Shown here: positions 1-9,446 of the stretch, in pieces | Position numbering within the stretch: position 1 is the stretch's first letter | How the letters are laid out: every line of letters starts with the position of its first letter | Assembly: GCA_036272115.1 (NCBI GenBank) | Contig: DATAZJ010000386.1 | Span: 1-37,508, forward strand | Direction: 5' to 3' | Length of the DNA stretch: 37,508 nt | Source of the DNA: Rhodopila sp. | GTDB taxonomy: Bacteria > Pseudomonadota > Alphaproteobacteria > Acetobacterales > Acetobacteraceae | The notes under the pieces: generated by a model | The model's input: the letters and a program-made list of their open reading frames with translations, nothing else | What the model was told of the DNA's origin: nothing | Database searches by the model: none | Made by a program: the position numbers and the translations under genes

Positions 1-3000
1 TGCCGGCGTGGCGCCGCCTCGGCCCAACAGGACGATGTTGCGGGCGCCACGGGCGAGGAGGAAGCGGGCGAACAGCAGGCCGAGGCTGCCGCAGCCGCCG
101 GTCAGCAGGTAGGTGGCGTCAGGGGTCACTCGCAGCGTCCGCAAAGCCGGCAGGCGCGGGGACCTGTCAAGGCAGGCCGCGTAGAGCGCCGGTGCGGCCG
201 AGCGACGAATGGCTAATTCGGGTGCAGGCAGGTCGGGCGCGGCCAGAACGCGGTGCAGCAGCGCGACTTCCTCCGCGCCGGGAGACGGCGACAGGTCGAT
301 CCGCCGGCAGCCCAGTTCCGGGTATTCGGCGGCGGCAGTGCGCAACAGGGCCCATAGCGGGCCGGCGCCGAGATGTTGACCGGCGGCTGCCGCGCCGGTG
401 CGGATGGGTGCGTCGTCGTGGATGGTCGCGTCAGCGTGGAGAGGCGCCTGGGTGCCGCGGGTGACCAGCCACAGCGATGGCGGCTTGGCGGTCGTCGCGC
501 TCAGCGCCGTCAGCGTTGACAGGACAGCGCGCAGTCCGGCGCGTTGGGCGGCCGGCGGGTCCGGGTCCCCCATCGCCCCATCCGTCAGCAGCAGAATGTG
601 GGTTGGCGACTCCGTCAGGGACGCCGTCAGGGCATCGAAGGGGCGCAATGTGGCATCAAGCAGGCGGGCGATGCCGGCGGCGGCCGTGTCCGCGGGGTCG
701 GCCAGCACCAGCAGGCGGTGCGATGTCGCCGGGCCGGCCGGCGGGGCGGCGATCTCTCGCCAGTTGACCTGGTAAAGCGCGGGTTCCGGCCGAGTGTGTT
801 TTGTCGGGGATGCGGCGGTGTCCGACCAGGGGTCGAAACCGGGTTGCCAGAAACGCGTCCGCTGCCAGGGATAGGTGGGGATGTCGGGCAGCACCGGGGG
901 CGGCGGGTGCAGGCGGTCCCAGCGCAGGTCGAACCCCTCGGCATACAGCGCCGCCAGCGCCTGGGTCAGCGCATCCTGTCCCTGGTTCCGACGCAGCGTG
1001 GCGATCGGGGCGGCGGCGGCTTCGGTGCCCTCCAGGCACTCGGCCAGGGACCGTTGCAATGCCGGATGCGGGCCGATTTCCAGGAAATGGGTGGTTTCGT
1101 CGCGGCGCATCGCGGCCACCGCATCGGCGAACCGCACGGTGCCGCGGACATTGCCCTGCCAATAGGCCTGGCCGATATCCGCCGCGTCGGCCCGGCGGCC
1201 GAGGACGGTGGAATAGAACGGCAGGCGGGCCGGGGCGGCGGACAGGCCGGTCAGTTCGACCGCCAGGGCCTCGGCGGCCGGGGCCATCTGCCGGCTGTGG
1301 AAGGCGAAATCGACTTCGAGGCGCTGGCAGGGCAGTGAGCGTGCCTCCAGCGCCGTGGTCAGGGCCGCCACCTCGGCGAGCGGCACGGAGAGCACCACCG
1401 ACAGCGGGCTGTTGATGGCGGCGATCTCTACATGGTCGGACAGGAAGGCGGCGACATCGGCGGGCGAGGCAGCGACCGCCAGCATCGCGCCCTGGCCGGC
1501 GGCCTGCTGCATCAGCCGCCCCCTTGCAGTGACCACGCGGCAGGCCTGCGCCAGCGTGAGCATGCCGGCGGTGTGCAGCGCGGCGACCTCACCGCAACTG
1601 TGGCCGACCACGCAATCGGCGACGACGCCCAGATGGGCCAGCAATTCGGTCAGTGCGTATTGCACGGCGAAGATTGCCGCCTGGGCGCGGTCGGTGCGGG
1701 CGATCTGCGCGGCGCTGTCCGGCTGTTGCAGCAGAGCGGCCACCGACCAGCCGGCGATCGGCTCGATCAGTGCGTCGCAGGTCTGTATCGCGGCGCGGAA
1801 CACTGGTTCGCGTTGGATCAGGGCCGCGCCCATGCCGGCCCATTGGGCGCCTTGCCCGGTGTAGACGAAGCCGAGGGCCGGGCGCAGGTCCGGCCGCCGC
1901 CGTCCCACCGCCAGGCCTTCGACCGGCTGGCCGGTGGCGAGGGCGGCCAGTTGCCGCACAAGATGGTCGGCGTCGGTGAAGCGCAGCGCGGCCCGGTGGC
2001 GGAGGTGGCCGCGCCGCAGGGCCGCCGCCGCGGCGATCGCGTGCGGCGGAACGGTGGGATTTGCCAGCGTGTAGCCGTGCCAGCGTCGAGCCAGGGCGCG
2101 CAGCGCGGCCGGACTGCCGGCGGAGACGGGCATCAGGCTGGCCTGTCCCCCGGGTTCGGCAGTGGTGGCCGCGACGGCGGGCGCTTCCTCCAGCACCACG
2201 TGGACGTTGGTGCCGGCCAAGCCGAAGGCACTGACACCGGCGCGGCGGGGGGTGTCGCGTCGCGGGATCGCTTCGCCGCCGTGGGGGGCGCGGACGGCGA
2301 GATGGTCCCAGTCGAGATGCCGGTTTGGTGTCGTCAGATGCGGACTGGGCGGGATGGTGCCGGATCGCAGCACCAGCGCGGCCTTGATCAGGCCGGCGAT
2401 GCCGGCGGCACTCTCCAGGTGGCCGATGATGCCCTTGACGGAGCCGACCGGCAGCTTGCCGTCCGGACGCGACCCGAACACCGCGTCGAGGGCGCGTATT
2501 TCGATCGGATCGCCCAAGGGCGTGCCGGTGCCGTGCGCTTCCAGGTAGTCGATGGTCGCCGCGTCGGCGCCGGCACGGTGCAGCGCCCGTTGGATGACGC
2601 GCGACTGGGCCGGGCCGCTGGGCACGGTCAGCCCGCTGCTGCGCCCGTCGTGATTGGCGGCGGATGCCAGCACGACCGCGAGGATGGGATCGCCATCCGC
2701 CCGCGCGGCCGACAGCGGCTTCAGCACCACGACGCCGCAGCCCTCGCCGCGGACGTACCCGTCGGCCGCGTCATCGAACGGGCGGCAGGCGCCGCTGGGC
2801 GACAGCGCGCCGAGTTGGCCCAGGCTGGCGTAGCCGGGCGGCGCCAGGATCAGGTTGACGCCCCCGGCCAGCGCCATGGTGCAATCGCCGGTGCGGAGGC
2901 TCTCGGCCGCGAGATGCACGGCCAGCAGCGAGGACGAACAAGCGGTGTCGACGGCGAGTGCCGGCCCCTGAAAGCCGAAGGCGTGCGCGATGCGCCCGGC

Positions 3001-5472
3001 GGTGAGCGAGGGGGCGGAGCCGGTGTAGGCATAGGGGCCGATGCGGTCGGCGATGCCGCTGTGGAATTGTGCCAGGGCGTAATCGGCGTTGCTGATGCCG
3101 ACGAATACGCCGACGTCCTGCCCGGCGAGGTTGGGGATGTCCTGGCCGGCGGCCTCCAGCGCCTCCCACGCCACTTCCAGCAGCAGACGGGCCTGCGGAT
3201 CCAGCGCCTCGGCTTCGCGCGGCGCCATCTGGAAGAAGTCGTGATCGAAACCGGCGATTTCCGGCAGGAAGCAGCCGACGACCGGCGTGGTTGGCGAGCC
3301 GCGTTCGGGCGGCAGCGGGCCGGCGGTGTTGATGCCGGCCTGGAGCAGCGACCAGAACCGGGCCGGGTGGTCGGCGCCGCCGGGAAAGCGGCAGCCGATG
3401 CCGATGATGGCGATGGGTTCCGCGGCCCGCGTGACCGGGGCCGTCGCCGGTTGGGGTGTCGTGGCTTCGGCGCCCACCATGTCATCGATGAAGGCGGCGA
3501 GGTCGTGCAGCGTCGGCTGCTCGAACGGCAGCGACACGGGAAGGTCCAGGGCCAGCGCATCGACGCACCAGGCGTGCAACGACAGCACGCGGCGGGAATC
3601 GAGCCCCTGTTCGAACAGGGACCGATCGAGTTCGATGTTCGGGGTATCCAGCACCTCCTCGACGCCACGGCGCAGCAGGGCGAGCAGCAGGCGCCGCCGT
3701 TCCGGTCCGTGCGCGGTGCGCCAGGGGCTGTCGGCATGGGTTTTGGCATCGGCGGCGGACGCGTCGGCAAATTCGCCGGCGAGGAAGCGCTGGACCAGCT
3801 TGTAGCGCTCGATCTTGCCGCTGCTGGTCTTCGGCACGGCGGCGATCGGCACCACGTGGTCCACCAGCAGGCCGCCGGCGCGCATCAGCCGCGTGCGCAG
3901 CGCCCTGGCCAGTTGGGGGAAATCCTGGTCCGCGACGCGGGTTTGCACGAACAGGACCAGCAATTCCCGCTGGGCGACCGGATCGGGCACGCCGCAGGCG
4001 ACGACGCGGCCGAGTTCCACGCCCGGCACGTCCTCGGCCAGCCGTTCGAGGTCCTGCGGGTAGTAGTTCTGGCCGGCCTGGATGATGATTTCCTTGATCC
4101 GGCCGGTGAGGACCAGGCGGCCGTCGGTGAGGTACCCGGCGTCGCCGGTGCGCAGCCAGCCATCCGGCGTGAACAGGGCGGCGGTGGCGGCGGGGTCGCG
4201 GTAATAGCCGCCGGCCATGCTGCGACTGTTGAGCTCGACCGAACCGACCCGCCGTTCGGGCAGGACGGTTCCGTCACGATCGGTGATGCGAAGAGTGACG
4301 CCGTTCATCGGCAGGCCGATCTCGACCAGGCTGATGGCGTCCCGGGAAGCGGCCGGCGGACGTATGGTGGCGCCCAGGGTCAGATGATGGCGGTCGACTT
4401 CGTGGACCCGCATGGCGTCGCCGGGATTTGGGAACGCCACGCCGAGCGAGGCCTCGGCCAGGCCGTAGCCGGGGAACATCGCCGAACGCCGCAGGCCGGA
4501 CGGTTCCATCCGGTCCTGAAAGTCGTCGCACAGATCGGCGCTGATCGGTTCGGCGGCGTTGAACAGCAGGCGGATGCAGGACAGGTCCCAGTCGCCGGCG
4601 GCATCCGGCCGCAGCAGCTTGAGGAAATGCTTGATACCGAAATTGTTGGCGCACAGAACACTGGCGCGATGCGCCGCGGTCTTGGCCAGCCACAGCGACG
4701 GCCGCTGCACGAACAGCCGGGTGGGCATCAGGCATTGCTGCGCGCCGATCGCCAGCGGGATCAGGTGCCAGCCGATCAGCCCCATGTCGTGGGTCAGCGG
4801 AAACCAACTGAGGAACACGTCGTCGCGGGTCATCCGCGCGCTGGATGCGAAATCGAACAGATGCGTCAGCAGATGGCCGTGCCGCAGCACCACGCCTTTC
4901 GGGTTCCCCGTCGATCCCGAGGAAAATTGCACGAAGGCGATATCATCCGGTCCGGCGGTGTCGTCGATCCGGCCGGGCGCCGCTGCCTGAGACAACGCGG
5001 CGGCGTAGGACACGCCATGGATGCCGGTTTCGACGCGGTCGGCGAGCAGGAACGGCTGCCGCAGCAGGCCCATGATGCGGGTCAGCTTCAGCCGATGTTC
5101 GTCGGTTGACAGCGGCTGCACCGGCACCGCGACCAGGCGGCCGAGCAGACAGGCCCAGAAGGAGACGACGAAGGCGTGCGGATCGGTCAGTGCCAGGACC
5201 ACTTCGTCGCCGGCGGTCAGTCCGTACTGCTGGAGGACGCCGAGGAGGACGGTGGCTTGCGACAGAATCTCGTGGTATGAACTGAATAATTCCCGATCGG
5301 AGCCATTTATGAAACGAATGCCGGCGGCGCCGTTGGCATGTCGCAACAAATCGACGAGGTTTCCGGGCGTGGCCGTCCCCATCGAGACCATTTCCGACGG
5401 TGCGTTACCCCCCGGCAGCGGCACCAGTCTCAGGCCCTCATCCACCTCTCCCTCATCCCCTTCAATGCCCAT
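1..5472 (-). CDS. Type I PKS with loading module, FAAL-ACP-KS-AT-KR (3' end runs off the window)
   Basis: Translated by hand on the minus strand (no stop inside the window, so absent from the ORF track). FAAL motifs: QFSSGSTGNPKG, LSWFPLTHDMGLIG, GYGLAEA, WLRTGD, PKTSSGK. ACP: QGLDS, Ser at ~3595-3597. KS: EPIAIIGIGCRFPG, DTACSSS (Cys 2938-2940), EAHGTGT, GHLESAAG. AT: YTGQGAQW, GHSCG (1591-1605), DFAFHS. Post-AT linker PTYPWQRTRFW. KR: TYLLTGGCGSLG. The start could also be 5391 or 5382. Confidence 0.93.
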   Translation of the reverse strand, partial: MGIEGDEGEVDEGLRLVPLPGGNAPSEMVSMGTATPGNLVDLLRHANGAAGIRFINGSDRELFSSYHEILSQATVLLGVLQQYGLTAGDEVVLALTDPHAFVVSFWACLLGRLVAVPVQPLSTDEHRLKLTRIMGLLRQPFLLADRVETGIHGVSYAAALSQAAAPGRIDDTAGPDDIAFVQFSSGSTGNPKGVVLRHGHLLTHLFDFASSARMTRDDVFLSWFPLTHDMGLIGWHLIPLAIGAQQCLMPTRLFVQRPSLWLAKTAAHRASVLCANNFGIKHFLKLLRPDAAGDWDLSCIRLLFNAAEPISADLCDDFQDRMEPSGLRRSAMFPGYGLAEASLGVAFPNPGDAMRVHEVDRHHLTLGATIRPPAASRDAISLVEIGLPMNGVTLRITDRDGTVLPERRVGSVELNSRSMAGGYYRDPAATAALFTPDGWLRTGDAGYLTDGRLVLTGRIKEIIIQAGQNYYPQDLERLAEDVPGVELGRVVACGVPDPVAQRELLVLFVQTRVADQDFPQLARALRTRLMRAGGLLVDHVVPIAAVPKTSSGKIERYKLVQRFLAGEFADASAADAKTHADSPWRTAHGPERRRLLLALLRRGVEEVLDTPNIELDRSLFEQGLDSRRVLSLHAWCVDALALDLPVSLPFEQPTLHDLAAFIDDMVGAEATTPQPATAPVTRAAEPIAIIGIGCRFPGGADHPARFWSLLQAGINTAGPLPPERGSPTTPVVGCFLPEIAGFDHDFFQMAPREAEALDPQARLLLEVAWEALEAAGQDIPNLAGQDVGVFVGISNADYALAQFHSGIADRIGPYAYTGSAPSLTAGRIAHAFGFQGPALAVDTACSSSLLAVHLAAESLRTGDCTMALAGGVNLILAPPGYASLGQLGALSPSGACRPFDDAADGYVRGEGCGVVVLKPLSAARADGDPILAVVLASAANHDGRSSGLTVPSGPAQSRVIQRALHRAGADAATIDYLEAHGTGTPLGDPIEIRALDAVFGSRPDGKLPVGSVKGIIGHLESAAGIAGLIKAALVLRSGTIPPSPHLTTPNRHLDWDHLAVRAPHGGEAIPRRDTPRRAGVSAFGLAGTNVHVVLEEAPAVAATTAEPGGQASLMPVSAGSPAALRALARRWHGYTLANPTVPPHAIAAAAALRRGHLRHRAALRFTDADHLVRQLAALATGQPVEGLAVGRRRPDLRPALGFVYTGQGAQWAGMGAALIQREPVFRAAIQTCDALIEPIAGWSVAALLQQPDSAAQIARTDRAQAAIFAVQYALTELLAHLGVVADCVVGHSCGEVAALHTAGMLTLAQACRVVTARGRLMQQAAGQGAMLAVAASPADVAAFLSDHVEIAAINSPLSVVLSVPLAEVAALTTALEARSLPCQRLEVDFAFHSRQMAPAAEALAVELTGLSAAPARLPFYSTVLGRRADAADIGQAYWQGNVRGTVRFADAVAAMRRDETTHFLEIGPHPALQRSLAECLEGTEAAAAPIATLRRNQGQDALTQALAALYAEGFDLRWDRLHPPPPVLPDIPTYPWQRTRFWQPGFDPWSDTAASPTKHTRPEPALYQVNWREIAAPPAGPATSHRLLVLADPADTAAAGIARLLDATLRPFDALTASLTESPTHILLLTDGAMGDPDPPAAQRAGLRAVLSTLTALSATTAKPPSLWLVTRGTQAPLHADATIHDDAPIRTGAAAAGQHLGAGPLWALLRTAAAEYPELGCRRIDLSPSPGAEEVALLHRVLAAPDLPAPELAIRRSAAPALYAACLDRSPRLPALRTLRVTPDATYLLTGGCGSLGLLFARFLLARGARNIVLLGRGGATPA

Positions 5473-5829
5473 TTGTCGTAAGGTCGATTACGCGCAAGAA
5501 ATCCGTGCGCCGGTTGGCCAAGACGGGCTGGGCAGCCGTTGAGACGCACGCGCGGGCGCGAATTCCGATCGTAACATTGGCAACAAAACCATTGGCTCAC
5601 CCTGGCGGGCGAGGTGACAGACAGAAGTGCATACGGTCCGGAATCGATCGGCAGCCGCGCCGATTGCATGCGAAAACCGGGGCATTCCGCGCCGATATTC
5701 ACGGAGCGGAACGGCCCACCTGTCGTCAGGCGTGCGCATCTCGACTGATCCTGGTCCGAACGACGAAGCTGATCGCAACTTGGCGGGATCGAATGCGGCC
5801 TATCTGCCGCATTCGATGTTTCGCAAGCC

Positions 5830-6309
5830 TTAGGCCGCGGCCGTCGCCTCGTGCGCGGTGACCGGTTCGCTGTGCGCCTTGCGATATTCCGCGTAGTAAT
5901 GTTGCCGCATCGCATCGGGGTCGAGGTTCAGCAGTGTGCCGCCTGATTCGAAATGCTGCAGGAACACATGACCGAGTGCATAGGTCGATGCGGCGGCGGC
6001 GGCGGGTTCGACGAACGTGCTGAGGAACGTTCCGACAACAGGAAAAACCTTCATAAGGCTGGCGACCGGTGCGGCAACCAGGACGGCGCCGCCGCTGCCG
6101 ACGACCACGCCGATAATGCGCTTGATCGCGTCAGCGCGGAACGGCACGCCGTAGACCCTGGCAAGCTGCTGCACCATGCGCACCTGCACCGCGGTAATGG
6201 CGGCCAGGTCGAGCAGCGGAAACGGCACAAGACCCGCACCTGTCGCCCAACCGACTTTCGACTTGATAATACGCAGGGCCTCTGCCTGTTGATTGCTTGC
6301 TTCTGACAT
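5830..6309 (-). CDS. DUF697/YcjF-family protein (paralogue 1)
   Basis: 159 aa with GAGLVPFPLLDLAAITAVQVRMVQQLARVYG and TYALGHVFLQHFESGGTLL, which are typical of small DUF697 proteins. Clearly similar to 9447-10247. Confidence 0.85.
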   Translation of the reverse strand: MSEASNQQAEALRIIKSKVGWATGAGLVPFPLLDLAAITAVQVRMVQQLARVYGVPFRADAIKRIIGVVVGSGGAVLVAAPVASLMKVFPVVGTFLSTFVEPAAAAASTYALGHVFLQHFESGGTLLNLDPDAMRQHYYAEYRKAHSEPVTAHEATAAA

Positions 6310-6395
6310 TGCCTAATCCTTTTCCACCCTGGTGTATCCGGCATCACGGCAGGTCGTGTTTGACCCGCCGGAAGTCCTTACGCCGAGCGCGCGCA

Positions 6396-6424
6396 TTCAT
6401 AACGGCTCCGTTGGCCCCTGGCAA
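6396..6424 (-). promoter_or_regulatory. Possible sigma70-type promoter for DUF697 paralogue 1
   Basis: The minus strand reads TTGCCA-N17-TATGAA, about 87 bp upstream of the ATG at 6309. Confidence 0.3.
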
Positions 6425-7054
6425 CCAAAACTGGTGCTTTCCGCCAGCCTGCTGTGCATGCATGCCATTTGGCCGGTTGGCGCTACTATCAGGCCGGTTT
6501 TCGGCCGCGGAGGCGATCCGAGGCGGCCTGGAGACACGGCGAAAAGGCAACAAGGCCATCGGGGACTGAAAGCCTGTGCCACGAGAAGATAACACGATCA
6601 TCGCCTGAGCAAGTAAAAAAACATCCACCATCGTGTATAAAATTAAAAAATGATAAATAAACGACACATGGCCCAAAGTGCCATCTATCGGTCCGGTGCC
6701 GCGACGACGGTCATTCGAGAACACTTGAAAATCGTAACAATCGCACCTAGAAGCGTTGCATTCCAATCGTCGCCTCGGAATTGTTGTATGAATCAGTGTG
6801 AATCCCCGGCCTTGCGCCACAAGCCGATCGCGGCCCGGCCGCCACAATTCCGTGCCCGAGCCGGATCGATCCCTGAAGCCTCGATTCCAGGGCATATCGA
6901 TGGATGCGTTGCGACGGCAACGAGATCGTCGCGTCCGATGCCGGGAGGGCAATCCCGATCGCGGGCGCGGCCCAGCCGATCCCATCACCATTCCGCATAC
7001 CGCGTCGAACGCAGGAAAACCGGGCAAAAGCGACCGGAACCGGGAGAGAAATGC

Positions 7055-9325
7055 ATGACCATACGGCGGAGATCGCGCCCCACACATCCCGGCATCGGTG
7101 CCCGCGGTGTCCTGCTCGCCCTGCTGGGCGTTGGTCCGGCGTTCGCGGCGTCGCCGCCACCGACCCCGGCAAGCGGCACCGTCGGCCAGCAGCAATTGCA
7201 AAATACCGGCGACCGCGCGGCGAGCTTCGCGAGCCAGGGCTATGTCCCCGGCCAGGATGTGCCGCCGCAACTGGCCGGGGTGACGCCGACGCCGGCGCAG
7301 CAGCACATGAGCTTCCAGATCGCCGATATCGTCGTCGAGGGATCGACGGTGTTCCGGCCGGATGATTTCAAGTCGCTGACGCAAAGCCATATCGGCCGGC
7401 AGGACACGCTGGCCGAACTCTACGGGCTGTCGGAGGCGATCTCGGCGAAATACCGGGCAGCGGGCTATCCGTTCACCGAGGTGCGGGTGCCCGGACAGCG
7501 GCTGACCGACGGGCGGCTGGTCGTGCGGGTCACGGAATTCAGTGTCGGCGAGGTGGACTTCACGCTGGATGGGCACCCGGTGCCCGCGCCTGCCGCGTTG
7601 CAGCCGGCGGTGGCGCAAATCCTGGCCTCCCAGCCAGTCCGAACGGCGACGCTGGAGGCGGCGCAGACGCAGGTCGCGTCGATGCGGGACGTGCGCCTGG
7701 CCACGGTGCGGCTGCAGCCGCTGCGGCAGGGCAAGCTGCGGATGACCGTGCTGATGGTGCGTCCCGGCGACACCGGTGTCGCCATCCAGCCGGCGCTCGG
7801 CGCCGCCGGCACGGGTACCGCGGCCGATGCGTTGCGGATCAACCTGCGGCAGATCCATGTGACCGGCGGCAGCGGGCTGACCGAAGCCGACCTGGCGCCG
7901 ATCTATGCCAATGCGCTGGGCCACGTGGTGACGCTGGGGCAATTGCACGACATCGCGCGGCGGATCGCCGAACGCTATGTCGTGGCGGGGCATTTCGGCA
8001 CCACCGCCGAGGTGCCGCCGCAGGTGGTGCATGACGGCGTGGTGGCGATCGAGGTGCATGAACTGATCGTCAATCGCGTGCAGGTGCATTTGAACGGCAA
8101 GCCGGTGGCGCCGGGCGACCTGCTGTACAACGCGGCGAATGCCATCACCGAGGATCAGCCGGTCCGCACCGAAACCATCCAGCGCCAGCTATATGTGCTG
8201 AATCACATTCCCGGCGTGCTGGTGCAAAGCGTCATTCCGCCGGTGATCGACGACCCGGCGGCGGATGTCTACCTGACCCGCAAGCCGATCACCTTCACCA
8301 CCGCAATGGACAACCGCGGCAGCTCGGTCGCCGGGCCGCTGGAGGTCGGCGCGATGATCCAGGAAGACGGCCAGCTTGGGCTGAACGAAGAAATTCAGTT
8401 GATGACGCTGAAGCCGGTGACCCTAAAGGAGCTGACCTACGCCGCCATCCAGTGGATTCAGCCGCTGACGTCCAGCGGCCTGGTCGGCACCTTCATGTAC
8501 AGCAAGACCGAGGCATATCCCGGCGGCTACCTGGCACCCAGCGACATCGCGGCACTGGGCGATATGGTGAGCCTGGGGTTGAGTTATCCGATCGTCGCCA
8601 ACGCCCATCTGTCATCGCTGGTCACCGCCGGGCTGGATGTGTTCAACAACTCCTCCAGCGCGCTTGGCGGTGCATTCACGACGAGCGACGAACGCAGCCG
8701 GGCGGTGAATATCGGCTTCCTGACAACGATCAATGACAGCCTGGGCGGGGTCACCACGGCGAGGACGGTGTATACGCAGGGGATCGACGGGCTCGGCGCG
8801 CGACCGAACGGCGACCTGCTGAATTCTCGTCCCGGGATGAAACTGAATGCCGGCAAGTTCCTGCTGGATGTACGCCGCGACCAGCCATTGCCGATGGGCC
8901 TGCAACTCAGTGCCGGGCTGAAGGCGCAGCGTGCCCTGGCACCGCTGCCGGCGGCGCAGGTGATGACATTCGGCGGGGTCGATTTCGGCCGGGCATACGA
9001 CAGCGGCATCATCTCCGGCGACAGCGGTGTCGAGTGGAAGATGCAACTGTCGAAACTGTTTCCGACCGGCAATCGGTTCATACCGGTGGTACAACCATAC
9101 GCCTACTACGATATCGGCGAGGTGTGGAATGCGCTGACGACACCGGGCTATTCGTCCAGCGCATCGGCGGCGTCCACGGGTGTGGGTGTCAAGGTATTAA
9201 GCAGTCTGGGTCTGGGTGGTTCCGCCGAAGTGGATTTCCCGTTGACGCATGGGGCGACGCTGCAACCGGGCGAGACAAGCAAAAAATCACCACGCGTGTT
9301 TTTCCTCGTGTTCGCGCAGTTCTGA
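7055..9325 (+). CDS. ShlB/FhaC/HecB (TpsB, Omp85-family) outer-membrane transporter with duplicated POTRA pair
   Basis: Start reassigned from 6650 to ATG 7055, after GGGAGAG. Signal peptide MTIRRR...LLALLGVGPAFA. POTRA-type segments, barrel start MDNRGS, loop-6-like FGGVDFGRAYDSG, YYDIG, and a C-terminal amphipathic strand ending in F (VFAQF). Confidence 0.85.
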   Translation: MTIRRRSRPTHPGIGARGVLLALLGVGPAFAASPPPTPASGTVGQQQLQNTGDRAASFASQGYVPGQDVPPQLAGVTPTPAQQHMSFQIADIVVEGSTVFRPDDFKSLTQSHIGRQDTLAELYGLSEAISAKYRAAGYPFTEVRVPGQRLTDGRLVVRVTEFSVGEVDFTLDGHPVPAPAALQPAVAQILASQPVRTATLEAAQTQVASMRDVRLATVRLQPLRQGKLRMTVLMVRPGDTGVAIQPALGAAGTGTAADALRINLRQIHVTGGSGLTEADLAPIYANALGHVVTLGQLHDIARRIAERYVVAGHFGTTAEVPPQVVHDGVVAIEVHELIVNRVQVHLNGKPVAPGDLLYNAANAITEDQPVRTETIQRQLYVLNHIPGVLVQSVIPPVIDDPAADVYLTRKPITFTTAMDNRGSSVAGPLEVGAMIQEDGQLGLNEEIQLMTLKPVTLKELTYAAIQWIQPLTSSGLVGTFMYSKTEAYPGGYLAPSDIAALGDMVSLGLSYPIVANAHLSSLVTAGLDVFNNSSSALGGAFTTSDERSRAVNIGFLTTINDSLGGVTTARTVYTQGIDGLGARPNGDLLNSRPGMKLNAGKFLLDVRRDQPLPMGLQLSAGLKAQRALAPLPAAQVMTFGGVDFGRAYDSGIISGDSGVEWKMQLSKLFPTGNRFIPVVQPYAYYDIGEVWNALTTPGYSSSASAASTGVGVKVLSSLGLGGSAEVDFPLTHGATLQPGETSKKSPRVFFLVFAQF

Positions 9326-9446
9326 GACGGGCTGGCAACGAAGTCATGGAGGCCGGCACGATGATTTCTTGCAGCACCCAGGTGAGCTGTAGTAGCAGGT
9401 TCTTGCGCAAGCCTCACGATTTGCGTTCGGCAGTCAGCAGGGAACA

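Noticed and set aside
400-840. Possible DH domain between AT and KR
   Set aside because: No HxxxGxxxxP motif in frame, and the spacing is too short. The sequence reads as the KR structural subdomain.
1432-5109. 1225-aa plus-strand ORF (and 544-1338)
   Set aside because: It is the codon-register antisense shadow of the minus-strand PKS and has no recognisable motifs.
5473-5829. Short ORFs between the PKS and DUF697-1
   Set aside because: Several overlapping frames with no motif or convincing RBS; treated as intergenic.
6650-7054. 135-aa N-terminal extension of the TpsB ORF
   Set aside because: It is a low-information Arg/Ser-rich translation of intergenic DNA. The signal peptide and RBS begin at 7055.
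6344-8089. 581-aa minus-strand ORF
   Set aside because: Antisense to TpsB with no domain-like content.
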